From Ionaspis alba (lineage: Eukaryota), in assembly GCA_964255285.1 (NCBI GenBank), contig CAXUUL010000008.1:62001-84209 (forward strand): DNA of 22,209 nt. The letters are read 5' to 3'. The notes beneath the pieces were generated by a model that saw only the letters and a list, made by a program, of their open reading frames with translations, did not search any database and was not told the origin of the DNA. Below, piece by piece: positions 20,780 to 22,209 of this stretch; within the stretch, counting starts at the first letter, position 1, and each line of letters opens with the position of its first letter. A program made the position numbers and the translations under genes.

Positions 20780-22209
20780 TGTGCCTGTTGTGTTCAGTCA
20801 AGGGCCATGGGCAGAAAGAATCCCAATACCCCTCCAGCCCCAGCCCATCGCCAGAGAGGTGCGATTGAGTGAAAGGATACGAACACACCATCTATTTTCT
20901 GCGTGGCACATGGCCTTTAACCCAGATCAAAAACGATCGATTCGGTGATCAGATACTGTTCGATCAGAGAAGTTGAACATGGTGATTGAACAACGAGGAC
21001 AACATCTTCGATCTCGCTGACGCTTCAATGTGCGAGTAAATGTGCTCCCATAGGTCCCTACCACGCACTCGCATGAACAGTCTATCGGACCATCGCAGTG
21101 CTGAGCTTCTCAGGTGGCAGTGAGGGAAAAGTTTCGGGGGGGCACACTCGCTAACACAACTACGATTCTTAGCCGCTGATGGCAGCTAACCGTGTTTTGC
21201 CAGCCAGGAGCTTTAGCGGTGCTCAACTTACCCGTATCGGAAAGCACGGTTAGAGCTAGAAAGGCCGGTCGACGCGAGAGAGATCGTCGTCTGCGATTCA
21301 ACTACATCATCCCGCAGCCCAAACAAAGCTTGCAGGAGAAGGAGCCTGTACGCCTGTACTGTAATCTCGGTGGAAGGCCGATCTCATTCTTTCCCTCGCG
21401 ACGGCCTTCCCGCCCAGCTTGCTTCGACGTCGTTGTCGGTGGACTGGGCGCTTCCTCGGACTTGCACAGCCGGATGCTGGACCTGATGTTTCCATGCACC
21501 GATGAGTGCGCCGACAGCCACGCCAACCCACCCTCTCTTCACGCCTTGTCGCTTGAACGAATCCACGGTCGGATATCAAGGTCGCTGGGGATTTTCTACA
21601 GTCCGAATTGAGGTATGGGTCGGGCTTCTACTGCCGGTGGTCGTGCACATAGTTGTGGGTTCCTTTCAGCTTTGTCAGGACTGTTTAGCAACCACCAGAC
21701 AAGTGTTTTGGGTTTCGGCACGGAGCTACGTTGGTAGATGAACGTGGATAGCGGCTGAAGAACAGGAACCGTTGAACCTAACAAGAAGGGATCTGCGCAG
21801 GCCGGCAGGCCGAACCATTCAACTAGGCAGGTAGGAAGAAATGGCAATAAGAATAGCAACAACAACAGGGGCAGCAACAAACAATTGTCGTCGTCTTGAT
21901 ACCAAGGAATTGATGACGTTTGTGGGACCGTTTGCGCATTGAGGCGGACCGTTTCTTTGAACCAAGGACGAAAGAACGGTAGCGTTCCCTGGGGCTATCC
22001 TTGCTTGCACGCTTCGAGCCAGAGGCACCTATCAGACCATTGTGCTTCCAGATCGACAAAGACCAGGATCGAGAAGGGTAAAATCATAGATCAACACAAG
22101 CAAGTCGTAACGATGGAGCTCATTAGGTGCTCGAGTACCTCCAACAAATTGGTGTACTACTACTACTACTACTACTACTAGAATCTCCCGGATCTTTGTC
22201 TGGACATAC
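20780..22209 (+). ncRNA. Long highly structured non-coding RNA, candidate telomerase RNA (TER); probably runs past the window end; ends uncertain
   Basis: No credible CDS. Helices: 20800-20809/20909-20918, 20957-20966/20983-20992, 21030-21037/21067-21074, 21186-21198/21241-21253, 21372-21380/21402-21410, 21411-21417/21444-21450, a nested arm 21574-21901, and 22055-22062/22193-22200. G-U pairs work on the + strand. It lies next to a TBC gene. Confidence 0.5.
22155..22180. repeat. (TAC)8 microsatellite
   Basis: tactactactactactactactacta. Confidence 0.9.

Noticed and set aside
21775..21782. AACCTAAC as a TTAGG-type template
   Set aside because: It sits inside the long nested arm, 3' of the pseudoknot-like element, which is the wrong order for a TER core.
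21110..22181. Short overlapping ORFs on both strands
   Set aside because: There are no motifs, codon bias or splice solution, and RNA structure explains the region better.
1..22209. CRISPR arrays, tRNA/rRNA genes, autonomous transposase or secondary-metabolite cluster
   Set aside because: None was recognised; this is eukaryotic DNA dominated by trafficking and housekeeping genes.

Overview
Filamentous ascomycete (Pezizomycotina-type) genomic DNA with short spliceosomal introns. Protein genes read by hand: the 3' end of a TM9SF/EMP70 nonaspanin, a Ubc15/UBE2G-type E2 enzyme (probable GC-AG first intron), a secreted sedolisin/tripeptidyl-peptidase (S53), a GPI-anchored Cys/Thr-rich surface protein, a conserved hypothetical protein with MGFxSFG and MPLKIP-like motifs, KXD1 (KxDL domain) and a TBC-domain Rab GAP. 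An AT-rich island at 2939-3334 is a pair of inverted Tc1/mariner-type MITEs with RIP-like transitions. Several intergenic stretches look like decayed genes, most clearly 6919-8182. The most striking signal is ~20780 to the window end. It has no credible CDS but many nested helices whose G-U pairs consistently favour the + strand, which points to a long structured ncRNA. It is a candidate telomerase RNA but lacks a canonical TTAGGG template. All calls are by eye; no searches or folding programs were run.
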